From contig JAZRKN010000007.1 in the NCBI GenBank assembly GCA_045646345.1, positions 39,652-103,651 on the forward strand: DNA of 64,000 nt, in the 5' to 3' direction. The notes beneath the pieces are model-generated. The model saw only the letters and a program-made list of their open reading frames with translations. It ran no database searches and was not told where the DNA came from. This document shows, in pieces, positions 30,098-40,578 of the stretch. This stretch comes from Candidatus Scatovivens sp. GTDB lineage: Bacteria; Bacillota; Clostridia; TANB77; CAG-508. Position 1 is the first letter of the stretch, and each line of letters begins with the position of its first letter. The position numbers and the translations under genes are program-made.

Positions 30098-30850
30098 ATG
30101 AATAAGCTCGAAAGTGTATATGATGGAGAGTTTTCGGTTTTTTCAACGAGAAGTTTAAATGAATTTAACCAAGAATTTATTCAACATACACAAAGTAAAT
30201 TTGAAGAATTTAAAGGATTTTTTGGAGTAGAAAAATTATCAAAATTAACATTTGTTCTTTTTGATGATTTGGAAGAATATAGAAGATATCGTAAAGAAAA
30301 AACTGGGATAGAACCACCAGTATATTCAAGAGGATGTTTCTTTGAAGATACGGATGTTTTAGTAATTGAAAAATTATCAGAAAAAGGAACCAAAGGATTT
30401 TATTTTAAACGTGCTTGTGGTGCTCATGAAGCATTTCATGTTTATTATAGAGATTTGATCTATAAAGATTCAAACGAAAGAGTAGTATGGTTTGATGAAG
30501 GAATGGCACAATATTTTTCGGGCGAAAAAGAATATTTAGATAAAAAACAACTTAGAGATTATTATTCTAAATTTAAACAAAATTATATGCCAATTAGTAA
30601 TTTAAATGATAGAAGGCAAGGAAATAGTAGTGTACCAGATGAAGAAATTTTTCAACGTAAAGGAGTGATAGATGGCTATACAATTAGCTATCTTGCAATA
30701 AGATATTTAGTTGAAACAAAAGGAATTGATTTTGTTAAAGATGTTATGAAAGATAGAAATAAAATTTTAGAATTGGGTAAAACGATAACAAAAGAAATGC
30801 TAGAGTACTATAATTCAAAATTACTAGGATTAGAACTTGATGAAAGATAA
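30098..30850 (+). CDS. Putative gluzincin-type (MA clan) metallopeptidase
   Basis: AHEAFH and downstream WFDEGMAQY. Confidence 0.65.
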   Translation: MNKLESVYDGEFSVFSTRSLNEFNQEFIQHTQSKFEEFKGFFGVEKLSKLTFVLFDDLEEYRRYRKEKTGIEPPVYSRGCFFEDTDVLVIEKLSEKGTKGFYFKRACGAHEAFHVYYRDLIYKDSNERVVWFDEGMAQYFSGEKEYLDKKQLRDYYSKFKQNYMPISNLNDRRQGNSSVPDEEIFQRKGVIDGYTISYLAIRYLVETKGIDFVKDVMKDRNKILELGKTITKEMLEYYNSKLLGLELDER

Positions 30851-30977
30851 ATAAAATTTAAAATGACTCCGATAGATAAGTATAAGAAGACTTATTTATT
30901 GGAGTGTTTTTTTATGCAACTCTTTTTGAAATTAACATAAAATATAGTGAGATTTCTTAAAATAAGGAGGAAAAAAT

Positions 30978-31748
30978 ATGAAAATAATATTAGAAGTTAA
31001 AGACATAAGTAAGAAATATCAAAGTATACAAAATGAAGTTTTAGCTATAGATAAAGTAAATTTAAAAATTAATGAAGGGGAATTTGTAAGTATCATTGGC
31101 CCAAGTGGCTGTGGTAAATCAACTTTGCTTTCGGTAATAGCAGGACTTATAGATAAATCTTCGGGAAAAGTTATTTTGGATGAAGAAGAAGTAAATGGAG
31201 TCTCAGATAAAATTGGTTATATGCTTCAAAGAGACTGCCTTTTGGAATGGAGAAGTGTTTGGAATAATATTATGATTGGATTAGAAATAAAAAAAGAAAT
31301 AACAGATAGTGCTAAAAGTTATGCAGAAAATTTGCTAAAGAAATATCATTTATATGAATTTAAAGACAAAAAACCGAGTGAACTTTCGGGTGGTATGAGA
31401 CAAAGGGTTGCTTTGATTAGAACTTTAGCTACAAAACCCAAAATATTACTTTTAGATGAAGCATTTTCTGCTTTGGATTATCAAACTAGAATAATGGTTA
31501 CAAATGACATTTATGATATTTTAAGAAAAGAAAAAATAACTGTGCTGATGGTTACTCATGATATATCAGAAGCAATAAGTATGTCAGATAGAGTTGTGGT
31601 TTTAACTAAAAGGCCAGGAACAATAAAAGAAATTCATAAAATAGAATTTGATATTGAAAACAGAACTCCTTTAAACTGCAGAGAAAGACCAGAATTTAGT
31701 AAATATTTTAATATACTATGGAAGGAGCTTGGGGTTAATGAGAAATAA
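30978..31748 (+). CDS. ABC transporter ATP-binding protein (NitT/TauT family)
   Basis: GPSGCGKST, LSGGMRQR, LLLDEAFSALD. Confidence 0.92.
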   Translation: MKIILEVKDISKKYQSIQNEVLAIDKVNLKINEGEFVSIIGPSGCGKSTLLSVIAGLIDKSSGKVILDEEEVNGVSDKIGYMLQRDCLLEWRSVWNNIMIGLEIKKEITDSAKSYAENLLKKYHLYEFKDKKPSELSGGMRQRVALIRTLATKPKILLLDEAFSALDYQTRIMVTNDIYDILRKEKITVLMVTHDISEAISMSDRVVVLTKRPGTIKEIHKIEFDIENRTPLNCRERPEFSKYFNILWKELGVNEK

Positions 31749-32553
31749 AGATTCTTTAATATCAATGGATAGAAAAAGTTATTTGAAAGGAATAAAGAAA
31801 AAGAAGTATATAGTTTTATTTTTTCAGATATTTATTTTTGTAGTATTTTTAGCAATATGGGAGATAGCTGCAACAAAAGGTTTTATAGATGAATTCATTA
31901 CAAGTAAACCAAGTAGAATTGTTGATACATTTATGAATTTAACATCTAATGATTTGTTAAAACATATTGCTGTTACAACTTACGAAACTATTGTCGGTTT
32001 CTTGCTTGGTACAATAATTGGAACTATAATTGCAATTATACTTTGGTGGTCAGAATATTTGTCGAAAATCTTTGAACCGTATTTGGTTATCCTAAATAGC
32101 CTTCCTAAAGTCGCTCTAGGTCCTATAATAATAATTTGGGTTGGAGCGGGAACTCCTGCTATAATTGTTATGGCTGTTGCAATCTCTCTTATTGTGACTA
32201 TTCTAGAAAATTTAAATGGATTTTTAGAAACAGATAAAGAATTAATAAAAATGGCTAAAACATTTAATGCTAGTAAATTTCAGATATTAACAAAAATAGT
32301 AATTCCAGCAAATATAAATACATTTATTAATTCATTAAAAGTGAATATAGGGCTTTCTTTAGTTGGGGTTATATCAGGTGAATTTCTAGTATCCAAAGCA
32401 GGTTTGGGCTATTTAATTGTATATGGTGGGCAAGTTTTTAAATTAGATTTGGTAATGACAAGCGTGATAATTTTAGGAATTCTTGCTGGAGTTATGTATG
32501 GTGCTGTATTACTATTAGAAAAAATAATTACTAAAAAAAGATTAAAAGTATAA
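31738..32553 (+). CDS. ABC transporter permease (NitT/TauT family)
   Basis: Multi-TM; LNSLPKVALGP, GEFLVSKAGLGYLI. Confidence 0.9.
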   Translation: MRNKDSLISMDRKSYLKGIKKKKYIVLFFQIFIFVVFLAIWEIAATKGFIDEFITSKPSRIVDTFMNLTSNDLLKHIAVTTYETIVGFLLGTIIGTIIAIILWWSEYLSKIFEPYLVILNSLPKVALGPIIIIWVGAGTPAIIVMAVAISLIVTILENLNGFLETDKELIKMAKTFNASKFQILTKIVIPANINTFINSLKVNIGLSLVGVISGEFLVSKAGLGYLIVYGGQVFKLDLVMTSVIILGILAGVMYGAVLLLEKIITKKRLKV

Positions 32554-32629
32554 ATATGCACAATTTTTAAAGAAATGAATAAAATAAATTATCAAAAGAA
32601 AATATGTTTTCATTTTTTAAGGAGGGTGT

Positions 32630-33652
32630 ATGTTAAGAAAAGTTATTGTTTCAATAATAATTGTTATTGCTGTTTTAGTATTAGCGTTTTTGATAACTAT
32701 TAATACTTCAAATAAAGAAAATTTTTCTAAAGAAGTGTTAAGAACTCTAAATGTAAGTGAGGTTACTCGTTCTGTGTTTTATTCACCACAATATGTTGCT
32801 ATCAAGAATGGATTTTTTGAAAAAAATGGAATAAAAGTAGAACTAATTACTGGTCAAGGCGCAGATGCAGTAATGACCTCTGTTTTATCTAATCAAGTTG
32901 AAATTGGGTTTGCGGGACCAGAAGCATCAATTTATGTTTTTAATGAAGGAAAAGAAGATCATACTCAAGTTTTTGCACAATTAACTAAAAGAGATGGTTC
33001 GTTTTTAGTATCTAAAACTGCTACAAATAATTTTACTTGGAATGATTTGAAAGGAAAAACTGTAATACCAGGAAGAAAAGGCGGAGTTCCTTATATGACT
33101 TTAGAATATGTTTTAAAGAAAAATGGAATTAATCCACAAACTGATTTAACACTTGATGATAGTATTAAATTTGACTTGATGGCTGGAGCATTTTCTGCAG
33201 GTAATGCAGAGTATGTAACGCTATTTGAGCCAACAGCGTCGATGACTCAAATACAAGGAAAAGGTTATGTTGTAGCATCAGTAGGAAAAGAATCCGGCGA
33301 AATTCCTTATACAGCATATTTTGCAAAACAAAGTTTTATAAAAGAAAATGAAGAGATTATTCAAGGATTTACTAATGCTATTTACGAAGGGCAACAATGG
33401 GTGAAAGAACATAACTCAAGAGAAATTGCAGAATGTGTTCAAGAGTTCTTCCCGGATTCTGATTTAGATATATTAGAAAAAGCGATTCAAAGTTATAAAG
33501 AAATAGATGCTTGGAATGAAAATCCAATACTTAAGGAAGATAGTTTTAATAGATTACAAGAGGTTATGGTTGAAGCTGGAGAATTAACTGAAAAAGTTCC
33601 GTATGATAAAATTGTAAATAATAAATATGCAGAAAAAGCAATTAGCAAATAA
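32630..33652 (+). CDS. ABC transporter substrate-binding protein (NMT1/TauA-like)
   Basis: EVTRSVFYSPQYVA, AQLTKRDGSFLV, GGVPYMTLEY. Confidence 0.88.
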   Translation: MLRKVIVSIIIVIAVLVLAFLITINTSNKENFSKEVLRTLNVSEVTRSVFYSPQYVAIKNGFFEKNGIKVELITGQGADAVMTSVLSNQVEIGFAGPEASIYVFNEGKEDHTQVFAQLTKRDGSFLVSKTATNNFTWNDLKGKTVIPGRKGGVPYMTLEYVLKKNGINPQTDLTLDDSIKFDLMAGAFSAGNAEYVTLFEPTASMTQIQGKGYVVASVGKESGEIPYTAYFAKQSFIKENEEIIQGFTNAIYEGQQWVKEHNSREIAECVQEFFPDSDLDILEKAIQSYKEIDAWNENPILKEDSFNRLQEVMVEAGELTEKVPYDKIVNNKYAEKAISK

Positions 33653-33859
33653 ATTAAGACAAAAATGTTTTTTGATAAAACAATCGAAAAAGAGATATAA
33701 AAATTATTTATTAGAGTAGAATTTTTTTGTGATTTATGGTATAAATTAAGTGTTGCTAAAGTTAGTTTAAAAACTGATTTTGTAACACTTTATTTATGCT
33801 AAAGAAAGCATGTTATAAAAAGCAAGAAATAAAGGAAATTAAAGGAGAAAAAGATTTAA

Positions 33860-34705
33860 ATGAATTGGCTTATATGGGTAATATTATATTTAATATTTTA
33901 TGTGATTTTTAATCAAGGATATAAAGTTGCAACTAAGAGTTTGACCAAACCAGGTTCATTAACAATATTATTAGAATTGATAGCATCAATATTTGTGCTT
34001 TTATTAATACCGTTTTTTGAAATGAGATTTCCAAATAATCCATTAGTATATGTGTTTTTAGGATTGTCTATAATTTTTTATACTATAACAGATAGATTAA
34101 ATACAACAGTGAGAAGTGGGATTGAGGCATCCACATTTAGTGTAATAAATCAACTTTCAACAGTATTCATGATTATTGCTGGAGTATTATTTTTTAAAGA
34201 GCCAGTAATTATAAATAAAATTATTGGAGCTTTTTTTATTGTATTTAGTAATATTCTAATTTTCTTTAAAAAAGGAAATTTAAAACCGAATAAATATGTT
34301 ATATTAGGAGTTATTTCAAATATATGTTTTTCAATAGCATTATTTTTAGATGTAAATAATTCAGATTACTTTAATTTACCATTATATGTTGCAATAACAC
34401 TTGGTGCACCAACTATACTAATATTTATTTTTGAAAGAATTAAATTTAAAGATATAAAAGAAGAGTACGAAAATGGAAATAAAAAAGCACTGTGGTTAAC
34501 TGCAATAACTTGGTCTTTATCTATAGTATCACAATTAAGAGCATATCAATTAGGCGAAGTTAGCATTGTTGCTCCTCTTTGCGCTTTGAGTGTAATTTTA
34601 AATGTAATAGTTGGATATTTTTTACTAAAAGAAAAAGAAAATTTACCAAAGAAAATTATTGCTGCTATTTTAATAATTTTAGGAATTATTTTAATAAAAG
34701 TTTAA
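33860..34705 (+). CDS. EamA/DMT family transporter
   Basis: About 10 TM segments in two repeats, each with F/L..KE motif. Confidence 0.8.
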   Translation: MNWLIWVILYLIFYVIFNQGYKVATKSLTKPGSLTILLELIASIFVLLLIPFFEMRFPNNPLVYVFLGLSIIFYTITDRLNTTVRSGIEASTFSVINQLSTVFMIIAGVLFFKEPVIINKIIGAFFIVFSNILIFFKKGNLKPNKYVILGVISNICFSIALFLDVNNSDYFNLPLYVAITLGAPTILIFIFERIKFKDIKEEYENGNKKALWLTAITWSLSIVSQLRAYQLGEVSIVAPLCALSVILNVIVGYFLLKEKENLPKKIIAAILIILGIILIKV

Positions 34706-34724
34706 AAATAAAGGAGATTGTTTT

Positions 34725-35249
34725 ATGAAAGATTTAAAAGATTATGTAAGAACTATTCCAGATTTTCCGGAAAAAGGTATAATGTTTAGAGATGTAACAA
34801 CAGTTCTTCAAAATCCAGATGGACTAAAGCTTGCAATCGATATGATGCAAGAAAAGGTGGAAAAATTAGATTTTGATATTGTAGTTGGGGCTGAATCTAG
34901 AGGATTTTTATTTGGAATGCCAATTGCTTATAATTTGAATAAAGCGTTTGTTCCTGTGAGAAAAAAAGGAAAGTTACCAGCAGAAACAATTTCAGAATCT
35001 TATAATTTAGAATATGGACAAGCTACTTTAGAAATACATAAAGATGCAATAAAACCAGGACAAAAAGTGGTGATAGTAGATGATTTAATAGCAACTGGAG
35101 GCACATTGGAAGCAATTATTAAATTAGTTGAAAGATTAGGTGGAGAAGTTATAAGAATTTGTTGCTTAATCGATTTACCAGAACTTGGTGGAAAAGAGAA
35201 AATAAAAGGCTACAAAGTAGATACAGTAATTGCTTTTGAAGGTAAATAA
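34725..35249 (+). CDS. apt: Adenine phosphoribosyltransferase
   Basis: IPDFPEKGIMFRD, ESRGF, VVIVDDLIATGGT. Confidence 0.96.
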   Translation: MKDLKDYVRTIPDFPEKGIMFRDVTTVLQNPDGLKLAIDMMQEKVEKLDFDIVVGAESRGFLFGMPIAYNLNKAFVPVRKKGKLPAETISESYNLEYGQATLEIHKDAIKPGQKVVIVDDLIATGGTLEAIIKLVERLGGEVIRICCLIDLPELGGKEKIKGYKVDTVIAFEGK

Positions 35250-35291
35250 AATAAAGAAAGAGATGCGAATAAATATCGCAAGAGATTTTAT

Positions 35292-36875
35292 ATGTTAAGA
35301 TTAGAGAATGTAAAAATAAGAGAAGATTTATCAGAAGAAGATGTTGTAAGAGAAGCTTGCAAAAAATATCAAATAAGTTTTTCAGACGTTGAATACTATA
35401 ATATTTTCAAAAAATCTATTGATGCAAGAAATAAAGATGATATTTTTTACAATTATACAATTGATGTAAAATATACTGGTAAAGGTGGAAAAGAGATTAA
35501 AAAGGTAACTAAAGAAAGTTATCAAATAGAGATAAATAATAGAAGAAAAAGTGAAAAGCGCCCTGTTATAGTTGGAGCTGGACCAGCAGGTTTGTTTTGT
35601 GCTTTACTTTTGGTTCAAAATGGAATAAAGCCAATAATAATTGAACAAGGTAAAAAAGTCGAAGATAGAAAAAAAGATGTCGATGAATTTTTAAAAACAG
35701 GAAAATTAAATATAAATTCAAACGTTCAATTTGGAGAAGGTGGAGCAGGAACTTTTTCTGATGGGAAATTGACAACAGGAGTAAACAATCCGTTGTGTAG
35801 AAGAGTTTTAAAAGAATTTGTGAATTTTGGAGCTCCTAAACAAATAATGTATGTTAATAAACCTCATATTGGAACTGACAATTTAATAAATGTAATTTCA
35901 AATATGAGAAATTATATTATAGAAAATGGCGGAGAATTTTTATTTGAAAGTAAATTAGTAGATTTTGAGATTCAAGAAGGAAAAATATTTTCAGCTAAAT
36001 ATATCGATGTCTCTAAAGATTCTAATAAATTCGAATTAAATGAAATAGAAACAGATAGTTTGGTATTAGCAATAGGTCATAGTGCAAGAGATACATTTGA
36101 AAAAGTTTATGAAAAAGGATTAAATATGGAAAAGAAAAATTTTTCTGTAGGGGTAAGAATTGAGCATAAACAATCAATGATAAATGAATCACAATATGGA
36201 ACAAAAACTAAATTGAATTTGCCACCAGCAGAATACAAACTTGCATATCATGGAGAAAATCGTTCTTGTTATACATTTTGTATGTGTCCAGGAGGAACTG
36301 TTATGGCTTCTTCTAGTAATCCAGGTGAAATTGTAACCAATGGAATGAGTAAATTTGCAAGAGATGGCGAAAACGCAAATAGTGCTGTATTAGTAAGTGT
36401 GACTCCAGAAGATTTTAAAGGAGATTCTGTTTTAGAAGGAATTTATTTCCAAAAAGAATTAGAAGAAAAAGCATTTGTTTTAGGAGGAAGTAATTATTTT
36501 GCTCCAATTCAAAAAGTAGGCGATTTTTTAGAAAATAGAAAAACAACAGAATTGGGAAATGTACAACCTACTTACAAACCAGGGGTGACATTTTCAAATC
36601 TTCAAGAAATTTTACCAGAATATGTAATTAAAACATTAAAAGAAGGATTACTTGATTTTGATAGAAAAATAAAAGGTTTTGCGAACAAAGATGCAATAAT
36701 GACTGGAGTAGAAACAAGAAGTTCATCACCAGTTAGAATAGTAAGAGATGAAAATGGAGAATCTAATATTAAAGGTATTTATCCTTGTGGTGAAGGTGCC
36801 GGCTATGCTGGAGGGATAATGACAGCTGCAATGGATGGGATTAAAACTGCAATAGATATATTAGAAAAAGAATAA
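35292..36875 (+). CDS. Uncharacterized FAD-dependent oxidoreductase
   Basis: GAGPAG, FGEGGAGTFSDGKL, FCMCPGG, GEGAGYAGGI. Confidence 0.88.
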   Translation: MLRLENVKIREDLSEEDVVREACKKYQISFSDVEYYNIFKKSIDARNKDDIFYNYTIDVKYTGKGGKEIKKVTKESYQIEINNRRKSEKRPVIVGAGPAGLFCALLLVQNGIKPIIIEQGKKVEDRKKDVDEFLKTGKLNINSNVQFGEGGAGTFSDGKLTTGVNNPLCRRVLKEFVNFGAPKQIMYVNKPHIGTDNLINVISNMRNYIIENGGEFLFESKLVDFEIQEGKIFSAKYIDVSKDSNKFELNEIETDSLVLAIGHSARDTFEKVYEKGLNMEKKNFSVGVRIEHKQSMINESQYGTKTKLNLPPAEYKLAYHGENRSCYTFCMCPGGTVMASSSNPGEIVTNGMSKFARDGENANSAVLVSVTPEDFKGDSVLEGIYFQKELEEKAFVLGGSNYFAPIQKVGDFLENRKTTELGNVQPTYKPGVTFSNLQEILPEYVIKTLKEGLLDFDRKIKGFANKDAIMTGVETRSSSPVRIVRDENGESNIKGIYPCGEGAGYAGGIMTAAMDGIKTAIDILEKE

Positions 36876-36887
36876 ATGGAGGCGCAA

Positions 36888-37448
36888 ATGGAAAAATTAA
36901 AAACGATGATTGAAAGGTATCAACCTGTTTGTGAGCAGGAAGAGGCTGATAAAATTTTAATGCTAGAATATATACAAGATTTTGATAATACTTTAACAAG
37001 AGAAAATAAAACTTGTCATTTTACAGCTTCAAGTTGGATTGTAAACAAAGAAAGAACAAAAGTACTTATGATTTATCATAATATCTATGATTCTTGGGCT
37101 TGGACTGGAGGTCATTGTGATGGTGATCCGGATGTACTACATGTGGCATTAAAAGAAGCTGAAGAAGAAACAAGTTTAAAATCAGTAAAACCATTAACTA
37201 AAGATTTAGCATCAATTGAAATTCTAACAGTAGATGGGCATGTAAAAAGAGGAAAATATGTATCATCTCATGTTCATTTGAATTGTTCGTTTTTACTTGA
37301 AGCTGATGAAAATGAAGAATTACATATCAAAGAAGATGAAAATAGTGGAGTTAAATGGGTAGATATTAATGAAGCGTTAAAACTTACTAAAGAAGCAAAA
37401 ATGGTTTCAATATATAAAAAATTAAATGATAGAGTATTTGCTCTTTAA
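36888..37448 (+). CDS. NUDIX hydrolase
   Basis: HFTASSW, GGHCDG...ALKEAEEET Nudix box. Confidence 0.88.
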   Translation: MEKLKTMIERYQPVCEQEEADKILMLEYIQDFDNTLTRENKTCHFTASSWIVNKERTKVLMIYHNIYDSWAWTGGHCDGDPDVLHVALKEAEEETSLKSVKPLTKDLASIEILTVDGHVKRGKYVSSHVHLNCSFLLEADENEELHIKEDENSGVKWVDINEALKLTKEAKMVSIYKKLNDRVFAL

Positions 37449-37464
37449 AAGCAAAGGAGAAGAT

Positions 37465-38013
37465 ATGATAGAATATTTTGATGTATTAAAAGAAAATGGT
37501 GAGTTTGAAGGAAGAACTGAAACAAGAGAAATATGTCATGAAAAAGGATTATGGCACAAAGCGGTTGCAATGTTCATGATTAACTCAAAAGGACAAGTTC
37601 TTTTACAAAAAAGAAGTGCGAATAAAAAGTTATGGCCTAACATGTGGGATATGACTGCCGGAGGACATGTTTTAGCAGGAGAATTCGGATTTGAAGCCAT
37701 AATTAGAGAAATAAAAGAAGAATTAGGGACGGATATTAATAAAAATGACATTTTGTTTATTGGAAGTGCTATATCAACAAATATTAAAGGAGATGTTATA
37801 AATAGACACTTTAATGAATATTATATTATCAATAAAGATGTTGATGAGACGAGTTTAAAATTGCAATCAGAAGAAGTTTCTGATATTAAATGGTTTGATA
37901 AAGAAGAAGTTTTTAGAAGAATTCAAAATAATTATGAAGGTCTTACAGAAAAGACAGGATGTTGGGATTATCTTTTTAAATATTATGATTGGTTAGACAT
38001 GAAGAAAAAATAG
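37465..38013 (+). CDS. NUDIX hydrolase (IPP-isomerase-like subfamily)
   Basis: HEKGLWH, LLQKRS..K..WP.MWD.TAGGH...REIKEELG; lacks the catalytic Cys of type-1 IDI. Confidence 0.8.
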   Translation: MIEYFDVLKENGEFEGRTETREICHEKGLWHKAVAMFMINSKGQVLLQKRSANKKLWPNMWDMTAGGHVLAGEFGFEAIIREIKEELGTDINKNDILFIGSAISTNIKGDVINRHFNEYYIINKDVDETSLKLQSEEVSDIKWFDKEEVFRRIQNNYEGLTEKTGCWDYLFKYYDWLDMKKK

Positions 38014-38070
38014 AACTTTACATAATAAAAAAATCTTGACTAAATACAGTTATGAGAGTAAAATATTGTG

Positions 38071-38419
38071 TAGAGTAAATTAAATAGTCGCTGGCGATAT
38101 TCGAAAGGATACGCGAGAGGAAAGTCCGGGCTCCATAGAGCAATGGTACTTGATAACGTCAAGCGTGGGTAACCATAGGGAAAGTGCAACAGAAAATAAC
38201 AACCATTTTTATGGTTCAGGTGAAAAGGTGGAGTAAAAGCCCACCAGCGGTATAGTGATATATCGGCTGTGTAAACCCTACCTGGAGCAACACCTTGGTA
38301 GAAGGAATTAAGACTGCTCGTCACTTCTTCATAAATCCTTGAGTGGCTTGAAATATATAGCAATATATATTCTAGATAAATGACTATTCACGACAGAACC
38401 CGGCTTACAATTTGCTCTA
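38071..38419 (+). ncRNA. rnpB: RNase P RNA (type A)
   Basis: GAGGAAAGTCCGGGCTCC, GAAAGTGCAACAGAAAA, GTAAACCC, ACAGAACCCGGCTTA; P1 tagagtaaatt/aatttgctcta. Confidence 0.96.
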
Positions 38420-38582
38420 TTTTATGATATCAAAGAGTACTTAATGTACTCTTTTTTGTTTGGGAAAATTAATTTGAAAATAAGTTTTATATTGTTGCAA
38501 AATCATTTTTTTTAAAATATAATACACATGGACTTGAAATATATTGTTTAAGTAATAAATATAGAAAAAGAGGAGAAAAAGG

Positions 38583-39770
38583 ATGTACGATATATATGCA
38601 GATTTACATGTTCATATTGGAAGAAGTGAAAAAAATAAACCAATAAAAATCACAGCAGCAAGAAGCTTAAACTTTGCCAATATTGCAAAAGAATGTGTTG
38701 AAAGAAAAGGAATTAATTTAGTTGGAATTATAGATTGTGCTTCACCTTATATAATAGAAGATATTGAAGATTTTCTAGCTACAGGAGAAGCTTATGAAAT
38801 AGAAGATGGTGGAATTATATATAAAGACAAAGTTTGTATAATTTTAGGAAGTGAAATTGAAACTTCAGAAATTAATGATGAAGGTCACACAGGAAGTGCT
38901 CACAATTTGTGCTATTTCCCAAAACTTTCTGATATAAAAGCATTTTCAAATGAAATGAGTAATCATATTAAAAATATTACTTTAAGTTCTCAAAGAGCTG
39001 ACATTTCTGCTTATGAATTAGTAGATATAGTAGAAAGACATAATGGTGTATTAGTACCCGCACACTGCTTTACACCTCACAAAAGCTTTTATGGAAATTG
39101 TACAGATTCTTTAAAAAAGATCTTTAAAGAAAAATATGAAAAGATACCAGCAATAGAGCTTGGATTAAGTTCAGATACATTTTTAGCAGATCAAATAAGC
39201 GAACTTGAAGGAAAATCTTTCTTAACTAATTCAGATGCTCATTCACTTCCAAAAATTGCAAGAGAATATAATAAAATGCAACTTGAAGGAATTAGCTTTA
39301 AGGAATTTATAAAAGCTTTAAAAAATGAAGATGGAAGAAAAATAGTTGCAAATTATGGAATGGATCCAAAACTAGGAAAATATCATAGAACCTATTGTGA
39401 AGTTTGCGATAAAAGAATTCCAGGTGATGCTCCTGTAACGAAATGTGATACTTGTGAAAGTAAAAATATAACAATGGGAGTTTTTGACAGAATAGAAATT
39501 ATAAAGGACAAAAAAGAAACAAAGAGTCCGGAAATAAGACCTGAATATATATATCAATATCCACTTACTTTTATACCAGGTGTTGGTGGAAAAACAATAG
39601 ATAAATTATTGGAGCATTTCGGAACAGAAATGACAATTCTTCATAAATTATCAGATGATGATATTGAAGCAGTTGTAGGTGCTAAAGTTGCTAAAAATAT
39701 AATAAAAGCTCGTGACGGAGAAATGCATATTATAGAAGGCGGCGGAGGAGTTTACGGAAAAGTAGAATAA
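38583..39770 (+). CDS. Endonuclease Q family PHP-domain protein (YqxK-like)
   Basis: ADLHVHIG, PAHCFTP, ELGLSSD, NSDAHS, GKYHRTYC zinc finger, GGGGVYGKV; synteny with spoIIM-xerD. Confidence 0.85.
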   Translation: MYDIYADLHVHIGRSEKNKPIKITAARSLNFANIAKECVERKGINLVGIIDCASPYIIEDIEDFLATGEAYEIEDGGIIYKDKVCIILGSEIETSEINDEGHTGSAHNLCYFPKLSDIKAFSNEMSNHIKNITLSSQRADISAYELVDIVERHNGVLVPAHCFTPHKSFYGNCTDSLKKIFKEKYEKIPAIELGLSSDTFLADQISELEGKSFLTNSDAHSLPKIAREYNKMQLEGISFKEFIKALKNEDGRKIVANYGMDPKLGKYHRTYCEVCDKRIPGDAPVTKCDTCESKNITMGVFDRIEIIKDKKETKSPEIRPEYIYQYPLTFIPGVGGKTIDKLLEHFGTEMTILHKLSDDDIEAVVGAKVAKNIIKARDGEMHIIEGGGGVYGKVE

Positions 39771-39859
39771 ATATAATTTAATAGAATACACTTTAAAAGA
39801 AATATAAATAATTTATTTATATTTCTTTTTTGTTTAATAGAAAAATTAAAGGGTATGAT

Positions 39860-40468
39860 ATGAAAAAAATTTTAATAGGTTATATAATTAGAAATAAGAA
39901 AAATTTCATAATAATTATCACACTTTTTTGCATTGGCATAGGGATTGGAATGTTTATTATAAATAATTCTAATGAAACTCAAAAATTGGAAGTGAGTAAT
40001 TATATTAAAGAATTAATAGAGAAGATAAGAAATTTTGAGGATGTTGATTATATATCTTTATTGATTCTCAGCATAAAAGAAAATGTTTTTTCAATACTTA
40101 TAATATGGTTTTTAGGGTGCACTATAATTGGAGGAATATTTATTTATGTTGCAATGATTTATAAAGGATTTTCTATTGGTTATACAATAGCTGCAATAAC
40201 TGCGGTTTTAGGGGTAAAAGAAGGAGTTTTAATTTCTTTAATATCTATATTATTGCAAAATATATTTTTTTTGCCAGCGTATTTTTTAATTGCAGAAAAT
40301 GGAATAAAATTATATAAAGGAATATATACAAAATGTATTAATTTAAAAGAAGAAGTTGTGCGCCATTTAATGATTATGTTGATTTCAATTATGTTATCTT
40401 TTATAGCGAGTTTTGTTGAGGTTTATATTTCTACGAATTTATTAATATTTTTGAAAGAATTTCTCTAA
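39860..40468 (+). CDS. spoIIM: Stage II sporulation protein M
   Basis: Multi-TM; IWFLGCTIIG, YKGFSIGYT, ASFVEVYIS; upstream of xerD. Confidence 0.85.
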   Translation: MKKILIGYIIRNKKNFIIIITLFCIGIGIGMFIINNSNETQKLEVSNYIKELIEKIRNFEDVDYISLLILSIKENVFSILIIWFLGCTIIGGIFIYVAMIYKGFSIGYTIAAITAVLGVKEGVLISLISILLQNIFFLPAYFLIAENGIKLYKGIYTKCINLKEEVVRHLMIMLISIMLSFIASFVEVYISTNLLIFLKEFL

Positions 40469-40578
40469 AAAGGCTTTACATTTTTGAAGATATTTGATAT
40501 AACATTAATACCTTATGTAAATTATGTTGTTCATATATAAATTTAAGGAAAATACTAAATGGATTGGAGAGTTATGTA

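Noticed and set aside
37465-38013. Type-1 isopentenyl-diphosphate isomerase (idi)
   Set aside because: TAGGH replaces the Cys-containing catalytic motif; kept as a generic NUDIX protein
38040-38363. 107-aa minus-strand ORF
   Set aside because: Antisense shadow of the RNase P RNA gene
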